Shown: piece by piece, positions 42,603 through 55,261 of the stretch
Layout: each line of letters opens with the position of its first letter
How positions within the stretch are numbered: position 1 is the stretch's first letter
Origin: Octopus vulgaris
Taxonomy: Eukaryota
Direction: 5' to 3'
Assembly (NCBI GenBank): GCA_951406725.2
Contig: OX597842.1
Coordinates: forward strand, 3,100,001 to 3,164,000
Length of the DNA stretch: 64,000 nucleotides
Notes under the pieces: generated by a model
Told to the model about the DNA's origin: nothing
The model's database searches: none
What the model saw: only the letters and a program-made list of their open reading frames with translations
Translations under genes and position numbers: made by a program

Positions 42603-42680
42603 GCTACCACCACCACAAGTACCGCCATCATCCCACCAGAACTAGTACTACTACAACCACCACCTCCACCGCCACTATTA
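41810..42680 (+). repeat. Compound VNTR: ~6 copies of TATGACRCCYGCCACCATCAGCGCCACC separated by (CAC)/(TAC)n
   Basis: Anchor copies near 41850, 41982, 42146, 42260, 42431 and 42530. Confidence 0.85.
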
Positions 42681-42914
42681 TACCAACACGAAGGACTGTG
42701 AAACTGTTAAAAGTGCTTAAGACCAACAAGAGAAAGAATTAAAGAATTGTAATCGTATCTTTGAGAATGGAACAGGATAATCCGCTTCAGCTGGTCGTTA
42801 ATCCGGCAGTGGAGAAACATTTTCATATGATACGTTCAGCTGTTGAGAGAGTGGTGGTGGTCATGGTGATGATGGTGGCGCAGGGTTTCGCTTTCTTTCA
42901 TCTATTCTTGGTAG

Positions 42915-43790
42915 CGTTGTTGTTTAGCCCCAGGCCTGATCCAGTAGACCTTCGATCAAAGATTTTCCTGCTGTGACCATCCTTTCTTTTATTAAAACAC
43001 AGTCTATGTAAGACTACATTATCTAATGTACAATATTACTAATTTCTGCGCCCTTTTCAAGCCTAGCCAGGCTCGTGGGCCCGGTTTCCCGGTTTCTGTG
43101 GCGTATGTCTTCCCCCCCAGCTGGACGGGACGCCAGTCCATTGCAGCATTACTCAAGAAACAGGAAGAGAGAGTGAGAGAAAGTTGTGGCGAAAGAGTAC
43201 AACAGGTTCGCCACCAACCCCTGCCGGAGCCTCGTGAAGCTTTTAGGTGTTTTCGCTGAATAAACACACACAATGCCCAATCTGGGAATCGAAACCGCGA
43301 TCCTCCGACCGCGAGTGTGCTGCCCTAACCACCGGGCCATTACCCCTCCACAATGTACAATATAGTAGTTAGTATTCGTAGCTATAATTGTTGTTGTTTA
43401 GCCCCAGGTCAGTCTTGATCCAGCAGAACATCCAAAGATGTTCCATCTGTGACCATCCCATCTTTTATTCAGACGTAGTGTATCTAGGACTACATTTTCT
43501 AATGTACATCAGTTAGTATTAGTGGCTATAGCTTTTATTGTTTAGCCTCAGGTCAGTGCTAATCCAGCAAACCTTTAATCAAAGATGTTCCTGCTGTGAC
43601 CATCCCATCTTTTATTTAGCCATAGTGTATCTAGGACAACATTATCTAATGTATAGCGTAGCAGTTAGTATCAGAGACTAGAGTTGCTTTTGTTGTTGTT
43701 CTTGATGAACCTTAGGTCAATCCTGACCAAACAAACCTATGATCAAAGACATTCTATCTGTGACCGTCCCACCTTTAATTCAGATAATGG
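42915..43790 (+). repeat. Array of the ~140-bp repeat interrupted by a V-domain SINE
   Basis: Same unit motifs as the other arrays. Confidence 0.85.
43037..43351 (-). mobile_element. tRNA-derived SINE with V-SINE-like domain and 12-bp TSD
   Basis: A-box TGGCCCGGTGG, B-box GTTTCGATTCC and GCAATGGACTGGCGTCCCGTCCAG; TSD AATGTACAATAT at 43025-43036 and 43352-43363. Confidence 0.85.
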
Positions 43791-43836
43791 ATCCCTCATG
43801 AATTTTTAGTTACCTTGTGAAAATTCAGATGTGGGG

Positions 43837-43910
43837 AGAGTCTTAGCTTAATGGTACAGAGCACTCAGCTGAAAATGGAGAGGTGTAGGGTTCGATTCTT
43901 TGCAGAGGCT
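43837..43910 (+). pseudogene. tRNA-like remnant (GAA anticodon loop) or SINE head
   Basis: TAGCTTAATGGTACAGAGCA D-arm, CTGAAAA loop and GGTTCGATTC T-loop; acceptor and T stems poorly paired. Confidence 0.4.
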
Positions 43911-43924
43911 TGCTAGCCACTTTT

Positions 43925-44072
43925 GGCGCAGGTGTGGCTGTGTAGTAAGAAGCTTGTTTCTCAACCACATGGTTCCGGGTTCAGTCCCACTGCGTGGCAC
44001 CTTGGGTAGGGGTTTTTCTACTATAACCTAGGACCAACCAAAGCCTTTTGAGTGAAACTGAAAAAGCCTGTC

Positions 44073-44124
<52 letters not shown>

Positions 44125-44247
44125 CAAAATTGAAGTTGTAAGGCACCGCACGAGTAGAATTATATATGAAAGAAGGTTTGAAAATGCAATTTTAAAAGTA
44201 AATAAAAGTAAATATACATATTTTAAAATTGCATTTTCAAACCTTCT

Positions 44248-44285
<38 letters not shown>

Positions 44286-44505
44286 CATATATATTTATAT
44301 ATATATGTGTGTGTGTATGTCCCCTACCACCGCTTGACAACCGGTATTGGTATGTTTGCGTCTCCTTAATTAAGCAGTTCGGCAAAAGATACCGATAGTA
44401 TAAGTATGAGTCTTTAAAAATGTTCTAGAGTCGATTCATCCAACTAAAACTTCTTTTAGACGGTACCTCAGCATGGCTGCAGTCTAATGACTGAAACAAG
44501 TATAA
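43925..44505 (+). mobile_element. Family A SINE with a hairpin insert in its (TA)n
   Basis: SINE halves flank an insert with ~36-bp inverted arms at 44161-44258. Confidence 0.8.
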
Positions 44506-44517
44506 GATACATTACAG

Positions 44518-44577
<60 letters not shown>

Positions 44578-45322
44578 AATATGGCCAAAAAATAAATATG
44601 GCAAAAAAACACATTTAGCCAAATTTGGACATACGACAGCAACGTTGCTATTGTGTTAAACTGTCGTATGTCCAAATTTGCCAAATACAATTTTTTGCCA
44701 TATTTATTTTTACTTACAATAGCCGGTTCTTTTGGTCAAATAATCATATCTCCATCTGCTTCAGATGTCAAGTTGTCAAAAACTGTCAAAGTGTAGGACA
44801 GCAGTTTTGCTATGGAATGGAGAAACTATTTTTCGTTTTCTGTAAAGGCAACGTTTGGGATTTACGACACTTTTGTATAATAGCAGTAGTTTATAATATA
44901 TACAGACATACATGTGTGTATGTGTGCGTGTATGCAAGGTGGTGGTGGTGGTGGTGGTGAGGGTATGTTGCTTAGTGATCAGGGTGTTGGACTCACGATT
45001 GTAAGATTGTGGTTTCAATTCCTGAACTAGGCAATATAATGTGTCCTTGAGCAAAACACTTCATTTCACTCCAGAAAAGACTCTTAAATGCCTGGGTCAA
45101 GGTTGACAGGTTAGGTGTTGGACCATGATTGGAAGATTGTGGATTCCTGGACAGGTAATACATTGTGTTCTTGAGCAAATCACTTCATTTCACTTCCAGT
45201 CCACTCAGCTGGCAAAAATGAGTATTCCTGCGATGAAATGGAGTCCCGTCCAGGGAGGAATATTTAGGTCAGAGAATCCGGTAAAGTGGCCCTATGTACC
45301 TTACGGAGTAATGTAGATTAAG

Positions 45323-45392
<70 letters not shown>

Positions 45393-46685
45393 AACACACA
45401 CACAGTACTGCTTTATATATATAGGGTTATATGAGGATTATATATAGCCCTTAGCTAGTATAGTTCCAGGTCTACTCTAACTCAGAGCAGTAGCACCTGT
45501 CAGGGGCCCAGCATGGGCTCACCAGCCATTGAACCAATGGAAATAAAGGACCCCTAGTTAAAACTTCCTTCTAGGAAGTTTTAACTAGGGGTCCTTTAAA
45601 GTCAAGTAGAAAAAAACAACCTGAAGTGCCGTTGGTTTCTGGACATGTCAACCTATGTTGTGCCGCTAGTTTTAGAGCTGGTTTCTCTGAAAAGCCGCTT
45701 CAGTGCTACGCAACACTATTTACTCGAAACAAATTTACGCATAGGAACTTTGTGGGTTCTCAGAATATTTGCACGGACGGACTTTAGGAAGTGGTCTTAC
45801 TCCATCACGAGCCTACTTTCACCATTTGTAGCTATAAACACAGAAAACTTAATTGGTGTTTTAAAACTATATAACATACACGTTTTCGTAAATCGACTGT
45901 CGTCATTACGTAAGCCAACTGGCTCCATTACATAATACAATTGACTCACTTTTTCGGCATTATCAGCAAAAAATACAATGTGAAGATATATGCGTGACTA
46001 TACCTCAGACGTGCAAATTAAGCGTTATTTGTTTGGAGTAGCAGCCAATATGAAGAGAGCGTGTGAGATAGTAGGATTGTGTGAGAGTGATGATAGAGGG
46101 GAGATAAGGCTTTTGTAGCCATGCCCACCGTCGTACATATTCCGATAGATCCGTGTGCACTCACACACAGTCGTATCAGCACAAGTATATATACAGAAGA
46201 TGGGAAAGAGAGCAGCCTAAAAAATACCGTGGTGATATTTCCTCAATAATTTCAATTCTGTCTGTGACTATTTGGAAATGGCCAGAAATTCATAAGGCTA
46301 CACCCTTATGAAGTTAACCCCTCAGTTTCAGAAAACTTTCCTTTAGTTTGTAAAGTATATACAGACCCACAAGTCTGAAGACTCTATAGCTATATCAAAT
46401 TCGCCTACCCCGGTGTTAAGCATTTTTTAAACTAAAATGGCAGTACCAATGGGCTTACGTAATAGCAACAATCAGTTTAGAGAAACACGTATGGGTTATA
46501 CAAAGCTTAAAAACACCAATTAAGTCTTTTTCTTTGGGTGTATGAATGTTTATTATTACTATAGGGATGTAACTGTTACTGCTAAACTGTGCCAAGTATA
46601 GAAGTGAATAGAGTGAAGAATTCTCTGACGAGACCTGCTATTTTGGTAACAAGTTGAGCCTTCTAGTGCACTTTGCAGAATATGC

Positions 46686-47093
46686 TCTTTACTCTCTTTT
46701 ACTCGTTTCAGTCATTTGACTGTGGCTATGCTGGAGCATCGCCTTTAATCGAGCAACTCGACCCCAGGACTTATTCTTTATAAGCCTAGTACTTATTCTA
46801 TCGGTCTCTTTTGCCGAACCGCTAAGTGACGCGACGTAAACACACCAGCATCGGTTGTCAAGCAATGCTAGGGGGACAAACACAGACACACAAACACACA
46901 CCCGCATATATATATATATATACATATATACGATGGGCTTCTTTCAGTTTCCGTCTACCAAATCCACTCACAAAGCTTTGGTCGGCCCGAGGCTATAGTA
47001 GAAGACACTTGCCCAAGGTGTCACGCAGTGGGACTGAACCCGGAACCATGTGGTTGGTAAGCAAGCTACTTACCACACAGCCACTCCTGCGCC
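46686..47093 (-). mobile_element. Full-length family A SINE
   Basis: Near-consensus head, core and tail. Confidence 0.92.
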
Positions 47094-47212
47094 TATATAT
47101 ATATGTAATTTTAAGATCTAAGGATCTGAGTGTAGAAAGTTTGTAAGCTTCGAGCAGTCCGTTGTAGGTATAAAGAACAACTGTCAGGAACAAGAAAATT
47201 TTATTGGCCTAG

Positions 47213-48220
47213 AGTGACTTCAACGCAACCAAAGCATTCTATAGGGGATTAGTGGAGGGGAGGTACGACGACGATCTTGGGGCAAACCTGGGCGTCGACG
47301 AGGAATACCTGACCCACCTGTTTGAAACGACTTTCGGACCGGGACCTATGGACAACTTCCAGAGATCCCTGGCCTGGCGGTGCTACCGAGAAGCGCTACC
47401 CGTTCGGGATAAGCTCTATAGGCATGGCTCGAGAAACACGGGGCCGACCTGCCCGAGATGCGGGCAGAGCGACGAAACCGCTCTGCACGCAATCGTGCAG
47501 TGTCCAGCAATTTCCGACCTGTGGGCTTATGTCGAACGACTGCTGTCACGTGTGGGACGTGTCGGTTTATCAGCCGAGTCTATCGTTAATATCGTCACGC
47601 CTCCTTCCTTCAAACGGGAAGGAAGAGCTATTTTTATCATACTTGTGGCAATGGCGAAAGAATGTATCTGGTGGACGCGCCTAAAAGGATTAGAGACAAA
47701 CACTGACCTCTCTGGTCAATCTCTCATCAACTTCTTCAAGTACCACTTGAAGAGGAAAGTGAGAGTAGAGAGGCAAGTTTTGTCTAGTGAATGTTTTAAA
47801 AAAAGATGGGTGAATGTAGCAAGGATGGCACGTATGAATGACGAAGCCACCTTGACTATGATCCTATGAACCGTAAAAATGAATACAGAGAGTTGCTTAT
47901 TTGTAAAAAAATATAACATGTGACTTCATTGACCGAGGTTACTGTGATCTTTTCCGTAGGCTTTTCTTTCCACGGGTAAACCTCACCTGTCCTCCCCTTT
48001 ACACTTTATATTGACATTTCTGTGATAACGATCCCTATTGATCGATTTTTTTTCTTTTTCCTTTTATTTTACCCCCCCCCCTTTTTTTGCTTTCCTCTTT
48101 CCTTCCTTTTACGATCCCTTTTGATCGAAAACCAACCCCCCTTTTTTTTACCCGCAAAAGAAAAGCTCTACCTTGTAATTTGTCCCGTCTGTGTGCAGCC
48201 CTGTGTGGCTAATAAAGAAA
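47213..48220 (+). mobile_element. 5'-truncated Tx1/L1-clade LINE (ORF2 C-terminal zf-RVT-like region plus 3'UTR)
   Basis: Open frame 47213-47869 with WRCYREALPV...CPRCGQSDETALHAIVQC; pyrimidine-rich UTR; AATAAA at 48211, followed by (TATC)n. Confidence 0.85.
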
Positions 48221-48261
48221 TATATCTATCATCTATCTATTTATCTATCTACCTGTCTGTA

Positions 48262-48330
<69 letters not shown>

Positions 48331-48367
48331 GTCTGTCTATCTGTCTGTCTATCTATCTGTCTATCTG

Positions 48368-48438
<71 letters not shown>

Positions 48439-48981
48439 GTCTGTTTGTCTGTCTGTCTGTCTATCCATCTATCTATAGCTCTATCTATCTATTTATCAGT
48501 TTATTTGCATGTCTCTCAAATTCTATTTATATTATCTCTCCCTACATAGGTGTGTGTGTATGTGTATGTGTGTGTGTGAGAGAGAGAGAGTATGTGGGTG
48601 TGTGTGCACGGATACATATTGTTCAGTGAGTGAGTACCCGAGATGCTTTGTCCAGGGTAGGTAACTGTAAATATATATCCAGGCATAATCTTCAAAGAAC
48701 TACAGAGGTACGTCAAGGCATGTGGCTGGATTTGTGCTTGCTTAGGGGTGGTGTGTCTGTGTATAAGTTTGTAAGAAGATATATCTATATATATATACAT
48801 ATTTATATATAGATACCTACAAATATGATCTGTATACACACATATACTGCTGAATATATATACGTGTATAAGAATATGCCTATATGTCTATATACATATA
48901 TGTGTATATTATTGTATAAGTAATTATCTATATGTCTATACGGGTATGCAAACATACACACATGTATATATACACACATGT

Positions 48982-49012
<31 letters not shown>

Positions 49013-49343
49013 ACCATATATTTTATAGACTCATATTTGCGCGCGTCCACACACCCATAAATATATATATATATACATACCCTCCACAGCCCGAACGGAG
49101 GAGAGATGGGGGTATATGTTGCTAAAAAATATCAGATCGTTTTCACTCGTGAAGGGTACTCATTAGTAAAATATCTCTACCCTGCACCCGTGTATACATT
49201 ACCTCCGTGTTTCACTTATTCTATCGCACCACACTGCACCCCGATACCCGTTTGTCTTCCCTTTCATCTCACCCCAAACGTACCCATCTTCACCTCTCTC
49301 TCTCTCATTCTCTAACGCCTGCCCGTTTTATTCTCCCTCCCTC

Positions 49344-49394
<51 letters not shown>

Positions 49395-49403
49395 GTATAT
49401 CTG

Positions 49404-49527
<124 letters not shown>

Positions 49528-49562
49528 ATGTATGTATGTATGTATGTATCTATCTATCTGTA

Positions 49563-49660
<98 letters not shown>

Positions 49661-49774
49661 ATGTATGTATGTATGTATGTATCTATCTATCTATCTGTAT
49701 GTCTGTATGTCTATCTATCCACCTCTCTATCCATCCATCCATCCATCCATACTTACGTATTGATATATACTCTT

Positions 49775-49993
49775 TTTACTCTCTTTTACTCTTTTACTTG
49801 TTTCACTCATTTGATTGTGGCCATGCTGGAGCACCACCTTTAGTCAAGGAAATCATCCCCAGGACTTATTCTTTGGAAGCCTAGTACTTATTCTATCGGT
49901 CCCTTTTGTCGAACCGCTAAGTTACGTGGACATAAACACACCAGCATCGGTTATCAAGCGAAATTGGGGGGATAAACATAGACACACAAACAT

Positions 49994-50030
<37 letters not shown>

Positions 50031-50710
50031 CATACATATATACGACGGGTTTCTTTCAGTTTCCATCTACCAAATCCATTCACAAGTCTTTGGTCGGCCC
50101 AAGGCTATAGTAAAAGACACTTGCCCAAGGTACCATGCAGTGGAACTGAAGCTGGAACCATGTTGCTGGTAAGCTAGCTACTTACCACACACCCACTCCT
50201 TCACCTATATATATATATATCTTCTATCTTTGTCATTAGACTGCGGCCATGCTGGGGCATCACTGAGGAAATTTCAGTCGAATGAATCAACCTCAGTACT
50301 TTCTTTTAAAGCCTGTATTTATTCCATCGAACCCTTCAGCCGAACCGCAAGGTTACGGGGCCATCAACATACCAGCACTGGTTGTGTAGCTGTGGTAGAG
50401 GACAGACACAAAGACAAATGCACACACACACACAACAGGCTTCTTTCAGTTTCCATCTACCAAATCCACTCACAAGACTTGGTCAGCTTGAGACTATGGT
50501 AGAAGCTACTTGCTCAAGGTGTCACGTTGTGATTATATATGGCATGGCTGTGTGGTAAGAAGTTTGCTTCCCAACCCCATGGTTTCGAGTTCAGCCCCAC
50601 AACGTGGCACCTTGGGCAAATGTATTCTACTGTAGCCCTAAGCAGGCCAAAAGTGGGGTGAGAGGATCGGTTGACGGAAACTAAACGAATTGCGCCGTGC
50701 GTGTATATAG

Positions 50711-50759
<49 letters not shown>

Positions 50760-51893
50760 CTCCACCATGGCTTGACAACCGTTTCTGGATTATTTACGTC
50801 TCTGTAACTTAAGAGTTCGGCAAAAGAGACCGACAGAATAAGTATTAGGATTTAAAAAAACGTCCTGGGGTCTATTTGTTCAACAAAAGCTTTTCAACGT
50901 GGTGCTCTAGCATGGCCGCAGTCAAATGACTGAAACAGGTAAAAGATAAAATATAGGCACAGGGTTTGGGATTCAATACCATCCTGCGGCACCTTTAGCC
51001 TCGAGCCAACCAAAGCCTTGGGAATGAATTGGGCAGACAGAAAGTTTTTAAAAAATTGTATATATTTATCTATGTGTGTGTGTGTCACTAAGTGTGTTTG
51101 TCCCCCACCACTATGACAACCGGTGTTGGTGTATTTACGTCCCCATCAAGTAGCAGTGTGGAAAAAATGAGACCGATAGATTAAGTACTGATCGATTTAT
51201 TCAATTAAAAATCCCCAAGGCGGTACCCCCACATGGCCGCAGTCTAATGACTGAATCAGGTAAAAGTAACATACATAATGTTAAACTGTTATATATCCAA
51301 ATTTGGCCAAATTCGTTTTTTTCAATATTTATTTTTGCTTACAATAGTCGGTTTTTTTCGTCAAACTATCGTATCTCCAGCTGCTTCAGATGCCAAGATA
51401 TCAAGAATTGTCAAAGTGTATTACAATGGTTTTGCTATGGAATGGTGAAAGTATTGTTTTCGTTTTCTGAAAAAAAAAAATGTTTTGGACTTACGATACT
51501 TTTGCATAATAGCAACTATATATATATTTGTTTACTTGTTTGTCAGTTGACTGCGGCCTTGCTGGAGCACCTCCTTGAAGGGTTTTAATCGAATAATTCG
51601 CCCCAGGACTTATTCTATAGTGGTTTTGCCGAACCGCTAAGTTATGGGAACGTAAACACACCAACACCAGTTGTCAAGCAGTGATAGCGGGGGTACAAAC
51701 ACAGACACACCTACCCACACACATATATACGACAGGCTTCTTTCAGTTTCCGTCTACCAAATCCACTCACAAGTCCTTAGTCGTTCTGAGGCTATATTAG
51801 AAGGCACTTGCCCTTGGTGCCACGGAGTAGGATTGAGCACAGAACCATGTGATTGGGAAACAAGCTCCTTACCATACAGCCACGCCTGCGCCT
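49775..51893. mobile_element. Five family A SINE copies or fragments in mixed orientation
   Basis: Family motifs at 49775-50205 (-), 50230-50520 (-), 50540-50950 (+), 50960-51265 (+) and 51530-51893 (-). Confidence 0.85.
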
Positions 51894-52269
51894 ATATATA
51901 TATATATATATATATATTCTTCTGCTGTTACGTTCTGAGTTCAAATTCCGCCGAGGTCGACTTTGCCTTTCATCCTTTCGGGATCGATAAATAAAGTACC
52001 AGTTACGCACTGGGGTCGATGTAAGCGACTTAATCCCTTTATCTGTCTTTGTTTGTCCCCTCTGTGTTTAGCCCCTTGTGGGTAATAAAGAAATATGTGT
52101 GTGTGTGTGTATGTATGTATTTCAGCGTTACCTGGTCTTAGTCGCCCAAATAAGACAAGAAAACGAGTTTTATTTCTAAGTTTCATATTTCGGTACCCTA
52201 GCACCTTTCACCTTACAAGTGTGTTATTTCTTCCTCTTATTTCCTTTTCAGTGTAAACCAAGAATTTCC

Positions 52270-52442
52270 GGTACTTCTTAAATACAGGTGTTACGTACAA
52301 AACATTTTAAAAGTACGCTGTGTGGACGTGTAATGACACCGTAACCGTAACCCTAACCAGTCCTGAAAGCTAACCCTAAAACTAACCCTCCCTTTCATAT
52401 CGTTACGTAGATGCATCGGGACGTCTGTATTTAAGTAGTGCC
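52270..52442. mobile_element. Merlin-like MITE with internal (TAACCC)-like motifs
   Basis: TIRs GGTACTTCTTAAATACAG / CTGTATTTAAGTAGTGCC; perfect 8-bp TSD GAATTTCC. Confidence 0.75.
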
Positions 52443-52492
52443 GAATTTCCTTATAAACTATATTACGTTTTTTTTCTAGAAGGAGCATATGT

Positions 52493-52565
<73 letters not shown>

Positions 52566-52614
52566 CAATAGTAAATCTCTGAACGAGGTATAAACAGTAA
52601 CTGCACGACAATGT

Positions 52615-52997
52615 GAGGTATACAAGCCATCTCAATATGGCTAACCACTAAGGGTGGGTGTTACTGTAGCTTGTAGCCCCAGGAGATTATCGTCTCCAGC
52701 TGGCTTTAGGCACACTTTCTGTGCCCTTATGGTATTTGCAAAGGGAGAAGAATTTGCATTGGGACCTCCCTTCATCGAAAACTGGTGATTGTCGTACGCT
52801 GAGGACAGGTCAAAACCTAGAAACTGCAGTCCGTGTGTATCACTTAGGTTGACGAGGGAAGCGTGACCTCCTTTTGCAAATACCATAAGGGCACAGAAAG
52901 TGTGCCTAAAGCCAGCTGGAGACGATGATCTCCTGGGGCTACAAGCTACAGTAACACCCACCCTTAGTGGTTAGCCATATTGATATGGCTAGTATAC

Positions 52998-53000
<3 letters not shown>
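52615..53000. mobile_element. 386-bp foldback element (133-bp arms) with a hammerhead ribozyme in the loop
   Basis: Arms 52615-52747 and 52868-53000 differ at about 4 positions by eye; the element lies between (TA)n and (CA)/(TA)n. Confidence 0.85.
52794..52836 (+). ncRNA. Minimal type-I hammerhead ribozyme motif
   Basis: GTACG-CTGAGGA-C-AGGT-CAAA-ACCT-A-GAAA-CTGCAG-TC-CGTGT; intact core; GUC cleavage triplet; palindromic helix III. Confidence 0.78.
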
Positions 53001-53055
<55 letters not shown>

Positions 53056-53056
53056 C

Positions 53057-53103
<47 letters not shown>

Positions 53104-53149
53104 CATATATATATATAAACTTTGTGGACTTGCAACTCTTGTCCATACT

Positions 53150-53534
53150 ACATGCTGTTGCCCATAGAAGAAATAATGTTCTTCCAGTTATACCTCAGCA
53201 ACAGATAAAATTTGTTCCTGAGATTTAAAGACGAAGCAAAAACTAAATTCTATTGGAAATTGTAGCCTTTTGAATACGAAAGAAATTTCTGTCAGACAGA
53301 GTCAAGGGTAGTTTGAAAATAAACCTCTCCTCCCATAAAACAACCAGTTAAAATAACTGCCTGAATAACACAAGACATTATTGCAAATGTGTGCTGTACG
53401 GGATATTCTCGAAGAGTTCTGTTATTTATGCTGTTTTTGAGCAAGAGTGACACAGTTCTGAGTAAGCAGTTACCATCAACCATGACTTTATAGAAGAGAT
53501 ATAAGCTAATATGATTTTGTTCAATATTTCTCAA
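53150..53534 (-). pseudogene. Decayed OTU-like (vertnin-type) cysteine protease fragment, likely transposon-borne
   Basis: VMVDGNCLLRTVSLLL matches the OTU DGNCLFRAxS motif; multiple stops and frameshifts downstream. Confidence 0.5.
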
Positions 53535-53780
53535 TGAATTTGATAAGCTACTTAAACTTCTGTTTAAACTTTAGATGGCTTCTCGTGAAGTAGACGGTGA
53601 TCGATAAGGGTTTGAATAATACCAATTTCCTCCTTAGAAATTTGTCTTTATAGCTTTATAAGTACTAAAAAACAGAAATGAATATTTTTCAATGAATTTA
53701 ATAAGCTACTTTGCCTGCAGTTTAAACGTTAAGTAGCTTCTACGCGAACGGAACCGCGACTGACTATTATAACACCAAAC

Positions 53781-54203
53781 GGATCTTTTCGGTTTGAACG
53801 GCAGTTTTTTCTAGCGGTGTCATATGAAATTGTCACCCGTAATTATGACCCTAGTATCGATCTATTGCATTTCTATCTGTTTTAGGATTAGGGTTAGGTT
53901 TAGGGGTGGGGGGAAGGGTATCTTTATTTTCTTCACAAATGTAAATAAACCCAATCTGTTTCTTAAACGAGGGACATATTCATACAGCACAGAATGTTTT
54001 CACTTCAATAGTTGTCATTGATTGGTTGAAATTGCAGAAATTGAAGAAAAAAAGCAACAAGTCTCTTACAAACTATAGAATTTTCTCAATAAAGCCAAGA
54101 GAAAAAGATGTTTTATAAACACATTCTACCAGTATACGAAGTTTAAAAGTGTTTAGTTACGTGGAAATTATTTTAAAAAACTGCCGTTCAAATTAAAAGA
54201 ACC
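53781..54203. mobile_element. Merlin-like MITE with internal TTAGGG-like motifs
   Basis: TIRs GGATCTTTTCGGTTTGAACGGCAGTTTTTT / AAAAAACTGCCGTTCAAATTAAAAGAACC; perfect 8-bp TSD CACCAAAC. Confidence 0.8.
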
Positions 54204-55174
54204 CACCAAACACTTTGCGGTTGAACAAGACCCATTTTCTCCTTAGAAGCCTGTCATTCTACATTAATAAGTACTAAAAACAGAAATGAATATTTTTCAT
54301 TGAATTTAATAAGGTACCTCACCTTCGATGTTGGCTTTACACGTCTTCTTCGTGGAAAGATTTTAAGCAATTAACAAACCGTACTTCATTACGTCTGCTC
54401 ATAAATGGAAAAGGAATGCTTCGGTTGTTTCCGGATCGTTCCGGTTTAAACAGTGTTTGTTAAATACCCATATGTGTGTGTGTGGAAGTGTGGGGGGAGA
54501 CGAAGAAAGGAAGAAAGAAAGAGAGAGAGAGAGGGAGAGAGAAAGAGAGGGCTAAGAGACGAGAGTGAAAGCATATGAAAGACAAAGACGGAAAAAGAGT
54601 GAGAAGTTGTGCTCACGTAAACCTGTGCGAGTGTGTATGACTGTGTGTGTATGTGTGTGTATGTGTGTGTGTGACTCTGTATGTGTGTGTGTGTGTGTAT
54701 GTGATGAACAGCAGAATGCGTCTTACCATGCCTCTACCACTTAGCTACCTCCCTCACGTCAATCCTCCTCCTCCTTCCACTCACCAAACGTAGTCCACGC
54801 GTCCATTACAGTTTTTATAAGTCATAAGATGAGAAATGCATTCGACAGATAAGGGAGATTTAGCTGTTGTTTCTATCTAGTCTAGCAACCATGTAGAGGT
54901 CTTCTTCGTTGGCTCATTTGTCACACAGGTCCAGTTGATCCGATCAACGAAACAGCCTGCTCATGAAACCATAGTGCAATCAACCCCACAGACACATGGT
55001 CCCTTAACGTAGTTCACGGGGAAATTCAGTGTGACACAGAGTGGGACAAGGCCGACCCCTTTGAAGTACAGGTAGTCCATATTTTTGCTGGCGAAGCAGA
55101 CTGGAGCACGGACTTTCGAGAATCGAACTCATGATTCGTGAGTCGAATAACCTAAGCACTTGACCACATTTTTA

Positions 55175-55230
55175 AAGCCTTGTGAGTGGATTTGGTAGAC
55201 GGAAACTGAAAGAAGCCTGTCGTATATATG

Positions 55231-55261
<31 letters not shown>

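Noticed and set aside
43837-43910. Functional tRNA-Phe gene
   Set aside because: Acceptor and T stems are largely unpaired.
47252-47869. Host zinc-finger gene
   Set aside because: Matches a LINE ORF2 C-terminus, lacks an ATG start and upstream exons, and is followed by a retroelement-type UTR.
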